From Novakomyces olei (lineage: Eukaryota): DNA of 64,000 nt. The position numbers were made by a program, and so were the translations under genes. Numbering within the stretch: the stretch's first letter is position 1; the number at the start of each line of letters is the position of its first letter. This document shows, piece after piece, positions 11,950 to 23,384 of this stretch. Location of the stretch: the NCBI GenBank assembly GCA_016906335.1, contig JADEYG010000007.1, forward strand, positions 1,984,001 through 2,048,000, written 5' to 3'. A model generated the notes under the pieces. The model saw only the letters and a program-made list of their open reading frames with translations, ran no database searches and had not been told where the DNA came from.

Positions 11950-12030
11950 TAGCAGAATAATACTAGCAGAATAATACTAGCAGAATAATACTAGCAGAAT
12001 AATACTAGCAGAATAATACTAGCAGAATAA
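11950..12030. repeat. 14-bp minisatellite (TAGCAGAATAATAC), about 5.7 copies
   Basis: Perfect tandem copies read directly from the sequence. Confidence 0.95.
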
Positions 12031-12086
12031 AGTATAAAACCAGTCGGCTGATCACATACCCCACAATCGAGTTTGTTCGGGGCGGT

Positions 12087-13252
12087 ATGGTGCTTACGGG
12101 GATGCGTGCGGGCGAGCGCCGGCGCTCATCCGCACCGGAACGCGTGCCCGGTGACCCGATCTTTGAAGGTTACTTGAAATCTTTAGAAGCCACGGGGCTT
12201 TCACGGGAAGAGTTGAATACAGACGCGATTCAGCTTGTGCATGAGTATGGAAAAAAGAATTTTAAGCAAAAAATGAAGAATAAATAAAAGATGCTGGTCC
12301 GCTAGATTGGTCCAAAAGCGTTCTTTTCGCCTGTACAAAGTGTATCAAAAGAGTGTTTTACATTTAGCCAAGAGGGTCCCAACTAACATGCAGCCATCTG
12401 TACCAGATGATCCGGAAACATTGGAGTTGGCCACAACGCTGCCTGCAAATCTACCAGTTGGCCTGTGACATTCCGGACGAGAAGACGCGTGAGCAGGTGG
12501 GAAACCGTAAACACATTTTGGTGGGCGATATAACGTTGGCAGAGTACAGTACCCCTAATGCCATATTTCTGCGTGCGTGGGACAAGGCGTCTCTTGCACC
12601 AAAGCTGCTTAAAATCTCCCGGTCTGGACATGACGTGGACCGCGAGTGTCGAACCTGGCATGAAATAGCCAAAGGTCGGAGCGATAGTGAATGTATTGAT
12701 GGGCATTTAGCGGGCCCTATGGTCCGATTTGATTTCAGTACAGATCCTAATATTACTGCTGTAATGCTCGACGGCAGAACTCCCATGACTAAAGGCGTGC
12801 TTATGCCTCAGTATACGGGGACACTGGCAGATTTACCCATCCCTGTAGCTGAAGCCATTGTACTGGAAATAACGCGGGACTTGGCTAACGCTGCGCTTGT
12901 TTTGGAACAGAGACAAATATGTCATTGTGACATAAAGTGTGCAAATGTTTTTCTCGATACATTGGGCCAAAGATTTGTAGCTGATTATGGATGTGCAATT
13001 AAATTTGGAGACCCTTTTGATTCGTATACAGAGGAGTACTTTCCCCGCGCTGTTCGGGAACAGGTATTCGGGAATATTGCCGATGCCCGCGTAGACCGTT
13101 GGCTTTGTGTGATTACGGCATTAAGACTGCGGGATGCGGTTGACGAGTTTGGCAATTTTGGTGTTGGAGATGTGTACGACGCAATTGCACACCAACAAAT
13201 TCCAGAGTTCAGGGAGTTACTTTTGCACCTTTTGCAGGGTGTTGAAGCATAG
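12087..13252 (+). CDS. Divergent protein kinase-like protein, about 350 aa
   Basis: Exons 12087-12244, 12306-12341 and 12394-13252 join in frame. LLKI lysine, DREC glutamate, HCDIKCAN catalytic loop, DYG and DRW. The 5' exons are less certain. Confidence 0.75.
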
Positions 13253-13355
13253 ACTGTGATGATTACTGGCACTGGGGAGGCATCTATTCATTTTCATGAG
13301 GCGCAAAATTAATTATTCTAGTGCAAAATTGTTTAAATAATATGAAGCTTATCAG

Positions 13356-13550
13356 CAATTAATACAATTAATGCTAATACAATTAATACAACAATTAATA
13401 CAATTAATACAACAATTAATACAATTAATACAATTAATACAATTAATACAATTAATACAATTAATACAATTAATACAATTAATACAATTAATACAATTAA
13501 TACAATTAATACAATTAATACAATTAATACAATTAATACAATTAATACAA
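13356..13550. repeat. 9-bp minisatellite (CAATTAATA)n
   Basis: About 20 tandem copies; source of the spurious IQL-repeat ORF. Confidence 0.97.
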
Positions 13551-13907
13551 TATGAATGGAGCAGTAAGAAGCCAGTGATAAAATGTATACGTCAGACGAT
13601 TAGTTGGTCGATCAGTCAAAAATACCAGTTGTCGTGTGCAAACTCAATTTGCCCCGCAATAGATAGATCAGGGTTTTCTGTGATACGATACAATTGAGGC
13701 CACCAGCCCCGCTCGACCAGCCAAAGCCGTCAATGGATAGGACGTTTTAATTTACAAATGATTTTGTGTTTGTCAGAAAAGTTTCACCAGATGGGAAACG
13801 CTTTATATTTCAGTATTAAAAATAATATGGATTCTGCAAATATAAACGAAAAGGACAGAATGGGGAAAACAAGCCAATACTCTATGACCAGCTTCGCTAC
13901 CTGATCG

Positions 13908-14515
13908 CTACCTGATCTTGGTCTTTATTGCCATTTCAACAGCAGCGCTTCCCCAGTCTTCTCCATGGTTATGGCCGCCATTGAGCCCAGCACGTTGAAG
14001 CGCCTGGTCTTCAGTGTGTACATTAAGGACGCCATAGATAATAGGCGTAGCAGCATCCATAGACACACGCATTAAAGCGTGAACAACTGCCTCGGAAATG
14101 TATTCAAAATGTGAAGTGTGGCCTTTGATCAGTACGCCAACTGCGACAACGGCATCGTAAGGCCCGTCGCTGCTGCCCGTGGCAGGCGCAGAAGGATCGA
14201 GGCCAGATAAAAGATCTGACGCTTGAGCCGAGGTAGAAGTCTGCGCTTGTGCGATGAATCTAAGGTTAGTAATTTTTAGTAACAAATGTAGTAGTGGCAA
14301 TACCTTTGGCAGGCAATAGGCAGTTCCCAGCTGCCAGGGACGCTTTTAAGCGTTATATTTTGCGGAAGCACTCCGTGTCGCTCGATCATTGCGCGCTGAG
14401 CGCCTTCCACTAAAGGCGTAATTGCCTCCATATTCCATCGCGCGTGCACAATTAGCACACGCAAAGAAGACCCGTCCAAGTCTTTTGGTGGAGCGTCCGG
14501 TTTCTTGATCGACAT
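13908..14515 (-). CDS. RIB4: 6,7-dimethyl-8-ribityllumazine synthase
   Basis: IVHARWN, VPGSWELP, GVLIKG.T.HFEYI and HNHGEDWGSAAVEM; intron 14303-14260. Confidence 0.96.
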
Positions 14516-14784
14516 GACGAGACAGTTGAATCTTGATGGCGTAGAGTCTGGAGTCGTCTACAATTATGTTGAGATACTGGAAATACTAATATATTAATTA
14601 TTATATCGATATATTGGAAATAATAATTATTATATGTCGATATTCTGTCAATATTCATTATTATATTTAGGCATTCTGTCTACAATTATTATATCGATCG
14701 ACATACTGGATATATTAGCGAGAAAAGCATCTTGTCTTCAGCAATAATAATTGCAATTATTGTTAGCCTGACTATAATGATGAA

Positions 14785-16500
14785 ATGATGCACGACTTTC
14801 CGTCATACATTCGCGAACTGACAGCTGCAATTGGCTCTTCAAACGGATCTGCTTTGGGAGTGCTTTTCTCAATTTCCCGATTCAAAACTTTAGACGGGCT
14901 TTCACGGTTTGTATCGACAGCCCATGGCAGTTTTTCTGCAGAACGCGGTCTGCGCAAACTGCCAGATTCTTCATGGGTCGAGCCCGCTATAGCTTTTTGG
15001 CGCGTTGCTGCTAAATTGGCAAAAACGAAATTGTTTGCGGATGCTTACGAATTACAATGCACTCTTGTACAGTACGCAAATAAAATTGATTAGAATAAAT
15101 TGAAAAGTACTAATATTTCTTTAGATGCATTATACGTGCAATTCAATCTTGGCCTGCGTGGACACTTCCCGTTCTGTTCTCCGTCTGCCGAGATTTGTAC
15201 ACTTTTTCTGTGCTGGTAACTTGCCGGTTTGCCCTTTTTTTATTTGATTTATTTTGCTTTTTTTTCATTTTTTTTATCGAGTGGGTCAATTCTTTAATGG
15301 CAAGATAAATCTCGAAATCTCGATACCTCGATACTCGTCTTTTCACTTTTAAAGCTCTACGCTCCTCAACAGTTTTTTTGCATTTAAAAACTTTATATAA
15401 TCCTTCGCAAAACTGACTAAAAGACGCAGCAATCATGTAGAGATGGAAGCAATGCCACATTGGAAAATACTGCTCGACTTTTAAATCGCGCTTTTACTGT
15501 CTGCACTAGCGATAGAGCTCAATTATCTGCGTCCCGGAAATGGGGCACTTATTACGTGGTTGGACTTTTGTTTAAAACGTACTTCCGACTGGACACACTA
15601 TCACTCTCTCGTAATATCTTACGTGCAATCTCGGTGTCGGAATTACCACCACTCGAATTCTTTCCGAAATCACATATTGTTTCATTCAAGTATTATCTTG
15701 GTATAATGGCTTTTTTAAATACAGATCATGTACAAGCGACAAAAGAACTTTCCGAGGCTCTTGACCAATGCACGAAGGCAGCGCCCCATAACATTGAGTA
15801 TGGAACCCGTTTTTCATTTCTATTTGAGATTTTTCTGTATTACTTGATTGAAACGTTTGCTGTGATTTGAATTGTATTTAAATTTCAATTCTATTTTCCC
15901 CTTTACTTTAAATTCAATTAATTTTGGTACTCTAGAATATCTTGTTTTAGCCTTTTTAATCTACTCTCCGTTTATGTGTTGTTTACTAAGATTCAGGCTG
16001 ATTTTGCGATATTTGATACCCGCTAAACTTATCGCGTACCATCAAGCCCCTAGCAAAGTTTTGTTTCAGCGATTCCCGCGTGTCTCAAAACTGTACCGTG
16101 AACTTTTTGCAGCGATTGGCCAAGGTGACCTCGGCCGTTTCGACAGGGCTTTGGCTCAGCGTGAAGTGCAGTTTATAAAGCAGCGGACCTTCCTGACTAT
16201 GGAGCGGGCTCGAGCTCTTTGCATGCGTAATTTATTCCGTAGAGTATACGTAATTCTCGGGCGCTCGACGCGAATATCGATCGACAAGTTTAGTCAGGCT
16301 TTGGACTTTGTTGGGCTGCACGTCTCCAATGCCGAAACTGAGCTTTATGTGGCTAATATGATATACAAGGTAAGAGTGATTTCGATAATCTACTGACCAA
16401 TTTTTAGGGGTTTATTAAGGGATACATATCTCATGAACGTAGCATCCTTGTCGTTTCCGCAAAGGATCCATTCCCGTTTGCTGTGGCCGCAGCCGCTTGA
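14785..16500 (+). CDS. PCI-domain protein of the Csn12/PCID2 family
   Basis: SDRA..SRKWGTYY, LFKTYFRL and VANMIYK-GFIKGYISHE..LVVS..DPFP; five exons, stop at 16498-16500. Confidence 0.88.
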
Positions 16501-16715
16501 CTGTGAATACGATAAATTTGTAGAATAAGAAATATGTAGAATAAAAATTACTTTTGCAGTTACAAATGCCAATCATTGAGTAATATATCGTAAGCTCTAA
16601 AAGTTATTCAGTACATTACACAGCGTGATTATTTACACATCAGGTTTGAACCGAATGCCTACATGTACCATAAAACGACACTTTTATTATAATTTCTCGA
16701 AGACAAAAATGCTCT

Positions 16716-18934
16716 CTATTCGGCCGAATCATCAGTCGAGTCGTCTGACTCTCGGGCCGATAATTCATCGGAATCCTCAGCTCCGTTTTGTTGATCATCC
16801 TCGTCTCTATGCTTTTCCTCATTCGCTGCTGCCTCTGCCAACATTGCCCGTTTTTCTTCACGAATTTTGCGCTGGTCAATAACATACTTTCCAAGAGGTC
16901 CAGTCTGAGGGCTGATTTGAGCAAAATCGCTCTCCATCTGGATGACGTGTTTCCCATCAAACTCAATTGCAGTGCGCGCCTCACTGATCAAGGTAGATTG
17001 AGCGTTTAATTTGTCAACCAAAACGTGTAGCGCACGACTTGTTCTGGCATTTTTACAGGACTTTATGTACCGTTTCAAGTGCATAACAATAGGCAAAGCA
17101 AGCTCTGGAAAAGCAATTGACCGTGAATGAGCTGCTAAAGAATCAGCAAAGCACTCTACGACTTGATCAACAATCCCGTCTTGCAGAGGCTTGCTTCCAA
17201 TGTACTGAGCAGACGCCTTTATAACCAGATCAAAGTCAAGCGGGGGCAGAGTGGAGGCATTGGCCCGGCGTTTGACCTCGGACGAGTTAAGGATACTGAA
17301 ATAAATCGAGGCAGTCGGGATAAATGTGCCCGTCTCCCTCTGAATCCGATTAATGCTGCGCAAAAGATGAAAATGATATGGGAAATAAGCAGCTGAAGGC
17401 AACAGACGAATCGAGCCGAGAGCAATTTGGGTTAATGGGTAAATAAGCTCAGCCGCTGCTGACCCTAATCCGCAAACTATAATACTCCAAAAGTCAACAG
17501 AATGGCAATATTGCCAGTTGTATACTAATTTAAACGATTCCTTTTCCCGTTTTTGCACACAGGTCCTTAGATGAATGGCCATTTGACGGATGAAAAGGAA
17601 AACGTGTGAATAGCTCGCCTCTGGATCAATTGCAAAAAGAGGCGCTGCGGAGTTTTTCATAAAATTAATATGAGGAACCGTGTGGACATTGACCACACGA
17701 GAATTGGCAACAAAGACTCGATAGGACGTTTTGAGCACAATTGCTCGTAAACTGCGATCACCCATCTCTGCAATTTTGCGGACCAAAAGAAGTGCAGCGA
17801 CCCTGACGGAGTCGCTTTGTGACGTGGCCCACAAGTTGAGCGAAGAGACGATTATTTTCTTTAATACCTTTCTAAAGGAGATAAAGTAGGGTAGAAGCTT
17901 TTCCGTCTCCTGGAAAACGATGCGCAACAAATTTTCGTCTGGTGTAGTCTCCGTCAAATGTAACAGGGCAGCAGAGTATGATTTGAGGAGCGGCCTAACC
18001 CGCTTGAATTTGTTGTGTGAGCTTGCACTGACTGCGTTAGAAAAAAAGTACAAAAACATGATAAAACATCGAATAAAGCCCAAGATTAAAATCAAAGTTA
18101 AATTCAAAGCGATTGAACAAATATCAAACAGCATACCTTTTTACAGCGGGAATATGGTGTTGAAGTACCACTGGAGTCTGTTTTAATGCCAGGAAAGATA
18201 GTTTCTCAAACACTTTAGGATCATTTATAGTGTATTTAAATCTGCTTTCGCCCTTTTCATCTTCGTCATTGAGAAAAGAAGCTGCCTTGAAAGCCAATAT
18301 AATGCGAGCCAATGCCTGCAAAGAATAAGTTTGCTTGAGCGATTTCTCCCAGTCCAGCAGTGTTTCAATTGTGAGAGGCTCTTTTCTCCGCTTCTCTGGT
18401 TTGCCTTTGGAGACTATTTGGTCGTCCGCTTCCAGCTCCTCGTCCTGTTGCAAAGCCGTTGCACGTAAAAGATCAGCATCGTTCTCCTCCAAGTATTTAT
18501 AAAAACTAGGATCTTTGTCCTTGAGCTCGGACAGCTGCCGCAAGTAATCTTCCTCATTGTCGATATCTGATTCTGAGCTGGATTCGTCATCACTTTCCTC
18601 CTTCTCTCCTACTTTGGCCGCGCCCGAAACTTGAGCTCCATTCGACAATAAATCGTCAAGCGTCTCTGCTGCTCCAAACTCGGATTCATCATCACCTTCT
18701 GAATTTGCTTGACTGTCATCTCCATCGCCGTTCTTTTGTGCCTCCTCGTTTTGTCGACCGCCTGACATTTTTGCTGATTTATTGGTCTGGCGTTTTCGGA
18801 TTTTTGATGAGTTCTTTCGTTTGTCGAGCACCCGCGAAAGATGTTTTTTTTCGAATTTTTTGGTCGCCTTAGAAGGCTTTGCCTGTACGTTCAAATGTCA
18901 GCCAGTGAAACGAATTACAAAGGAAGCCTACCAT
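16716..18934 (-). CDS. NOC2: Nucleolar complex protein Noc2
   Basis: KATKKFEKKHL, LKDKDPSFYKYLEEND, VYNWQY and SIAFPEL. ATG-only first coding exon 18934-18932; introns 18931-18883 and 18136-18028. Confidence 0.93.
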
Positions 18935-19142
18935 TGTGTCTCTGACTTAAAGGCGAACTCGACCTTCTTTTTTGCCTTGTTTTTATTTTATCTGTTTTAT
19001 TTTAATTTTTTTTTCCTCTTATTATATTTCGCAAATTTTGATTAGTTGATATTCAGCCCATAATAAAGATTTTATAATAAATTAATGAAAAATAAATTAG
19101 ATATGGAATAGGGATAAGTAACCACATAATCGATCAGCCAGA

Positions 19143-19180
19143 ATATTATATTATATTATATTATATTATATTATATTATA
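19143..19180. repeat. (TTATA)n microsatellite
   Basis: About 7 copies in the NOC2/RMD5 divergent intergenic region. Confidence 0.9.
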
Positions 19181-19236
19181 TGCAATCTAATCTCGACGGA
19201 CGCCGCTCTATCAGTACGTCTGTCAGTAGCACCTCA

Positions 19237-20704
19237 ATGGCAGCGGCTGCCAGAGCAAAGCGTGACTCGCCTACGACTCCGGCTACGTTGACAAGTTCCA
19301 TGAACAGCGTCGAAACTGAATTCAATAAATTATTACGCCGTGGCAGCGCGGCCAAGATCGATAGCGCTATAGACAATGTTATAGAGTCGATTCGGTCCGC
19401 AAAGACTGCGATTTCTGCAGGTAAGGCTTCGGTCGTGAAGGGGAAAAGAGCAAAATGTTGAAAAGACGGAAAAGATCGAAAAGAAAAAAGATCCAAATCA
19501 AAAATAAAGAAATGAGAAAAAGGGGGGGGGGATGTGGCAAATACCGGAAGTACCGAGTCTGATTCTAATTTCATAGATCCTGATCCCCAATCACGGCTCA
19601 AGGGACTAGTAGAAGAGTTACGCTCTCATTCTACCGCTATTAGTCACCATCAAAAAGAGCAGTACAACGCGTTAAACAAGTACGGCAAAGCTTTGGAAAA
19701 GGTAATTCTATCTTTATGTCCGTTTCATCACTCTGTTTAATTTTACTATTTATCTTTATCGTTTCCTTTAGACGATATTCTTGCCTTTTAGAACCATTTC
19801 CTCATCGACTGACAAACAGACTTTCAAAGCAGATCTTTCTCTCGTTGATTCGTCTCAGCCCTTCCAGGGCAAAGAGCATTTAATCAACCGGACTATAGCA
19901 CTCCATTTTATACGCAAAGGCGATTTCACATTGGCTCAGAATTTCATGACAGAGTCCGGTGAGCATATTTCACAAGACGTGGTAGACGAGTTTCGCAGCC
20001 TCCACAGGATCCGTGCAAGTATCCGGGCGCATGACTTGGAACCGGCCATAAGGTGGGCCGGCCAATGTCGGGTTCATTTGGAAGCTAAACGCAGCACTTT
20101 GGAGTTTGATTTGCATAAATTACAGTTTGTAAAATATTTCATGGAAGAAGGACAAGCAAAAGCTATGGTATATGCTCGTACTTACTTTCCAAGATTCGGA
20201 GCAAAGCATTTAGGAGAGATTCAAAGGTTAATGACGGCTTTTTTGTACCGCGATACTCTCCGCGACAGTCCGTATGCAGATTTGTTTTATTCTCCTGAGC
20301 CATGGGCCGCGGTGGAGGCGTCCTTTGTCCGTGAGCTCAGTTCTTCCCTCGGCTTTTCCGTTGATTGCCCTTTGTCGATAGTGGTCAATGCGGGAGCACT
20401 GGCCCTTCCTACGCTGATGAAGATGGCGGTCATAATGAGGGAAAAGCACACAGAATGGACGAGCGAAGGCGAGTTACCTGTGGAAATCACTTTGCCCAGC
20501 AAGTACCAGTTTCACTCTATTTTTACTTGTCCTGTGAGTAAAGAACAGGCTACTACGGCTAATCCCCCTATGCTTCTTCCGTGCGGGCATGTAATTGCAA
20601 AGGAAAGCCTGTGGCGTCTCAGCAAGGGAGTATCACAAAAGTTTAAATGTCCGTACTGTCCAATGGAGATTTCTCCAAGCCTGGCAAAGACTATCATCTT
20701 CTAA
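19237..20704 (+). CDS. RMD5: GID/CTLH complex RING E3 subunit Rmd5/Gid2
   Basis: LisH/CTLH/CRA region; ELPVEI..FHSIFTCPVSKEQ..NPPMLLPCGHVI..FKCPYCP; two introns; start at 19237 or 19300. Confidence 0.9.
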
Positions 20705-21272
20705 GCTTCCTACGACTAAGGTTTTGTTTGAGCTGTTAGTATTAGGTCGAGAAGTTAATATTAGGTTCATGGATATAAGGGCTAATATCCAGTCCATTAA
20801 CATGGAACTAGACAAGAGGCCACTTACTCTTGTTCATTTCATTTCATTTTCTTTTAATACCTTTTTTTTTGGGGTCGTCTTTTCTTTTTCAATGGATTGG
20901 TGCAATGAAAACCTTTATGACTATTTTGTGATTGCAAAGGCTATATAGCTTTGGGAGCGTGTTTAATGGTGAACAAAGCGTTTATACAAATCCAAGATCG
21001 TGGTCGTGCCAAATGGAATTTACATCTTGAGATAGGCAACAAGGTTGGGAGTAGCTTTGATTAGTACATAGTATATAAATAAAACTTATGAATAATACCC
21101 TTTAAATAAACATAAGAGAAGAAGAACCGTATGCACATTAATACGGACGAACGAAATTTAAAAATAAGGCCAGTATATTAAGATGATTGACCAAAGTAAA
21201 ACTTGGTTGCCTTGTAGTAATACCGTCATTATGTACCAATTATGACAGGTTGAAATATAAATGAATCCATAT

Positions 21273-22881
21273 CTATATTTGCACAAACTCCTCGCCTTTA
21301 CGGTCCGGGTGTTGTTGCTGCCATTCAACGCGTAGACGAGCGTGAATAAAATCGATAATGAGCAGTAATAGCCCCCCGTTATACACAAGCGTTATCGCAT
21401 AGAAAAAGTTGGCGTTTCCACTTCCTGCGTAAAGCCATAAATGATGGAACGCAGGGCCGAGAAATATGCAATAGAATATAATTGACGCGGATAGAAACGT
21501 ATACCTCAGCTCTTTTATTAGTACGACATTATTGAAAACACAAACACTTTAAAAACTTAAATTAAAAGAAAAAAGGAAATTAAATGAAATAGAATATAAA
21601 ACAAAATAAACTATGTTTTATTAGAAGTTCATTGACATAGGAACTATCGGAATTTTGTGCTGAATACAAAAATCATTCAAAAAAAATTAAAAGTTTAAAT
21701 ATATGTATATATATCATTAGACGGTCCATTAAAAAGGACATAATTGTAGAATTGTTGCAACTTACGCCCGAATATCTCTGGAAATAGAAACAGTAGGTGT
21801 ACGACACAAGCGTGCTCTCCAACAGTGGGATAAGGCTTTAGTACGCTCATCAACCCCCAAACAGCGACAAAAGCAAACGCCGGATCGCAACTGAGCCGAA
21901 CAGTAACGGGTGCAGCGTAAATTACCACGTGTAACGAAAAAACGCAGAGGAAGAAATCGCGGTATGAATCAAACATTTCTGTGAAGAAATACCACCAAAG
22001 TCCGATGTTGGGAGAAAGATCGGGAAGGCTCACTTGAGCACCAAAGCAACGGAGAAAACGCCATGAGGATAATTGGGCATTAGAATGAATCAGTAAAGAA
22101 CAAATCCCCAAGAGGAAAGTTACAATCTGCTTAAAATAGGCACCAATCTCCGGCCGTGATTTATCACAGATAACGTTGAGGTGAACAAGGGGCAAAAGTA
22201 AGACAACGGGCCAAAAGGAAAGGTAAGAGGCAACTACAAGCCAGACAATAGCAAGCGTTTGTTGGTTACGAAGTCCCGCACTAAGGGCAGACACGAGGGC
22301 AAGATTGGAAAAAATGGTTGTACTTTTTGAAAGGCAGGAAGCAACATTGAACGGGTTGAATAGGTAAAGGAAAAGCGGTGTAGTCGTGTCCTGCAAACGC
22401 CTTTGTACCGAAATTCTGTAAATAGTCCATCCAACCCAGCAGTCGGCCAAACTGTATAATGTTGGCACCAATGAACGCGGTATTATAGAGAAAAATGCGA
22501 TTAAAAGTGGCGATTGGTAGTTTATGCCTCCATCGTAAGGGTCAGCAGACCGCTGATACAGGAAAAGTCCCTCAGACACTGTATATTAGCAAAGGGGTGC
22601 CTCAAGTGAGAGCAGGCTGATAGAAGCGAGAAAATAAAGATTAACCAAACACACTAAATAACAACAGCAATGCAAATCTGTGGTCTCCAATTGTAAGGAG
22701 ACCAACAAAAACGGTATCGCGAAGACTTACATCGTTTGAAACTCGTAACCGGGTTCGAGAACTCGATACGATCGCCAAGAGCACTGCCTAAAGGCGTTCC
22801 ATAGAAAACAGCAATCCTTAGCAGTAACGCAATGGCTATTAGAAGCGTTTCAGGTTTCAGTACGGGTGTGGCTTTTGCCAT
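21273..22881 (-). CDS. GAB1: GPI transamidase subunit PIG-U/Gab1
   Basis: RIEFSNPVTSFKR/EG..PYDGG, PNIGLWWYFFTEMF, KPYPTVG and last exon WLYAGSGNANFFYAITL; three exons. Confidence 0.93.
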
Positions 22882-23137
22882 TGTGGTCAAAGTCTGATCA
22901 TTCTGCGCGTAACAGGACACTCGTAGCACAAAAGTTGGACGGGAACTTACGCGACAAGACGTGTTCAGAGATCACAATCTGTATTGTTCAATTGATGTAT
23001 CTATGTTTTTGTATTGTTTTTTTGCTCCAATTGCCAGATAAAGGATAGGGAATATATTTAGGGTTAGGGTTAATACTGGTAATGATTATACTAGTATTCT
23101 CGACAATATAATATACTGTTCTACAGTATAATATAAT

Positions 23138-23257
23138 ACTCCTCTACTCCTCTACTATATTACTCCTCTACTATACACTCCTCTACTAATATACTCCCCT
23201 ACTATATACTCCTCTACTATATACTCCTCTACTATATACTCCTCTACTATATACTCT
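23138..23257. repeat. About 15-bp degenerate minisatellite (TACTCCTCTACTATA)n
   Basis: About 7-8 imperfect tandem copies between the divergent PIG-U and HRD3 genes. Confidence 0.9.
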
Positions 23258-23384
23258 ATACATATGGCAGGTCGATAATGTGATTATACAACACTAAATT
23301 AAATAAAACACGACACACTTCCAGCTGACATCTGTGTCGCACGTCGGGCGGCAATGTTGGTAAGAGTCTGGCGATAAGGCGACA

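Noticed and set aside
11950-13550. Possible CRISPR array or transposon boundaries around the kinase
   Set aside because: The arrays have no spacers, and no convincing TIRs, LTRs, TSDs or transposase motifs were found.
13371-13697. 108-aa ORF with IQL repeats
   Set aside because: Translation of the 9-bp minisatellite; no coding signal.
13895-13917. 11-bp direct duplication over the RIB4 stop codon
   Set aside because: Simple slippage duplication with no effect on the protein and no inserted element.
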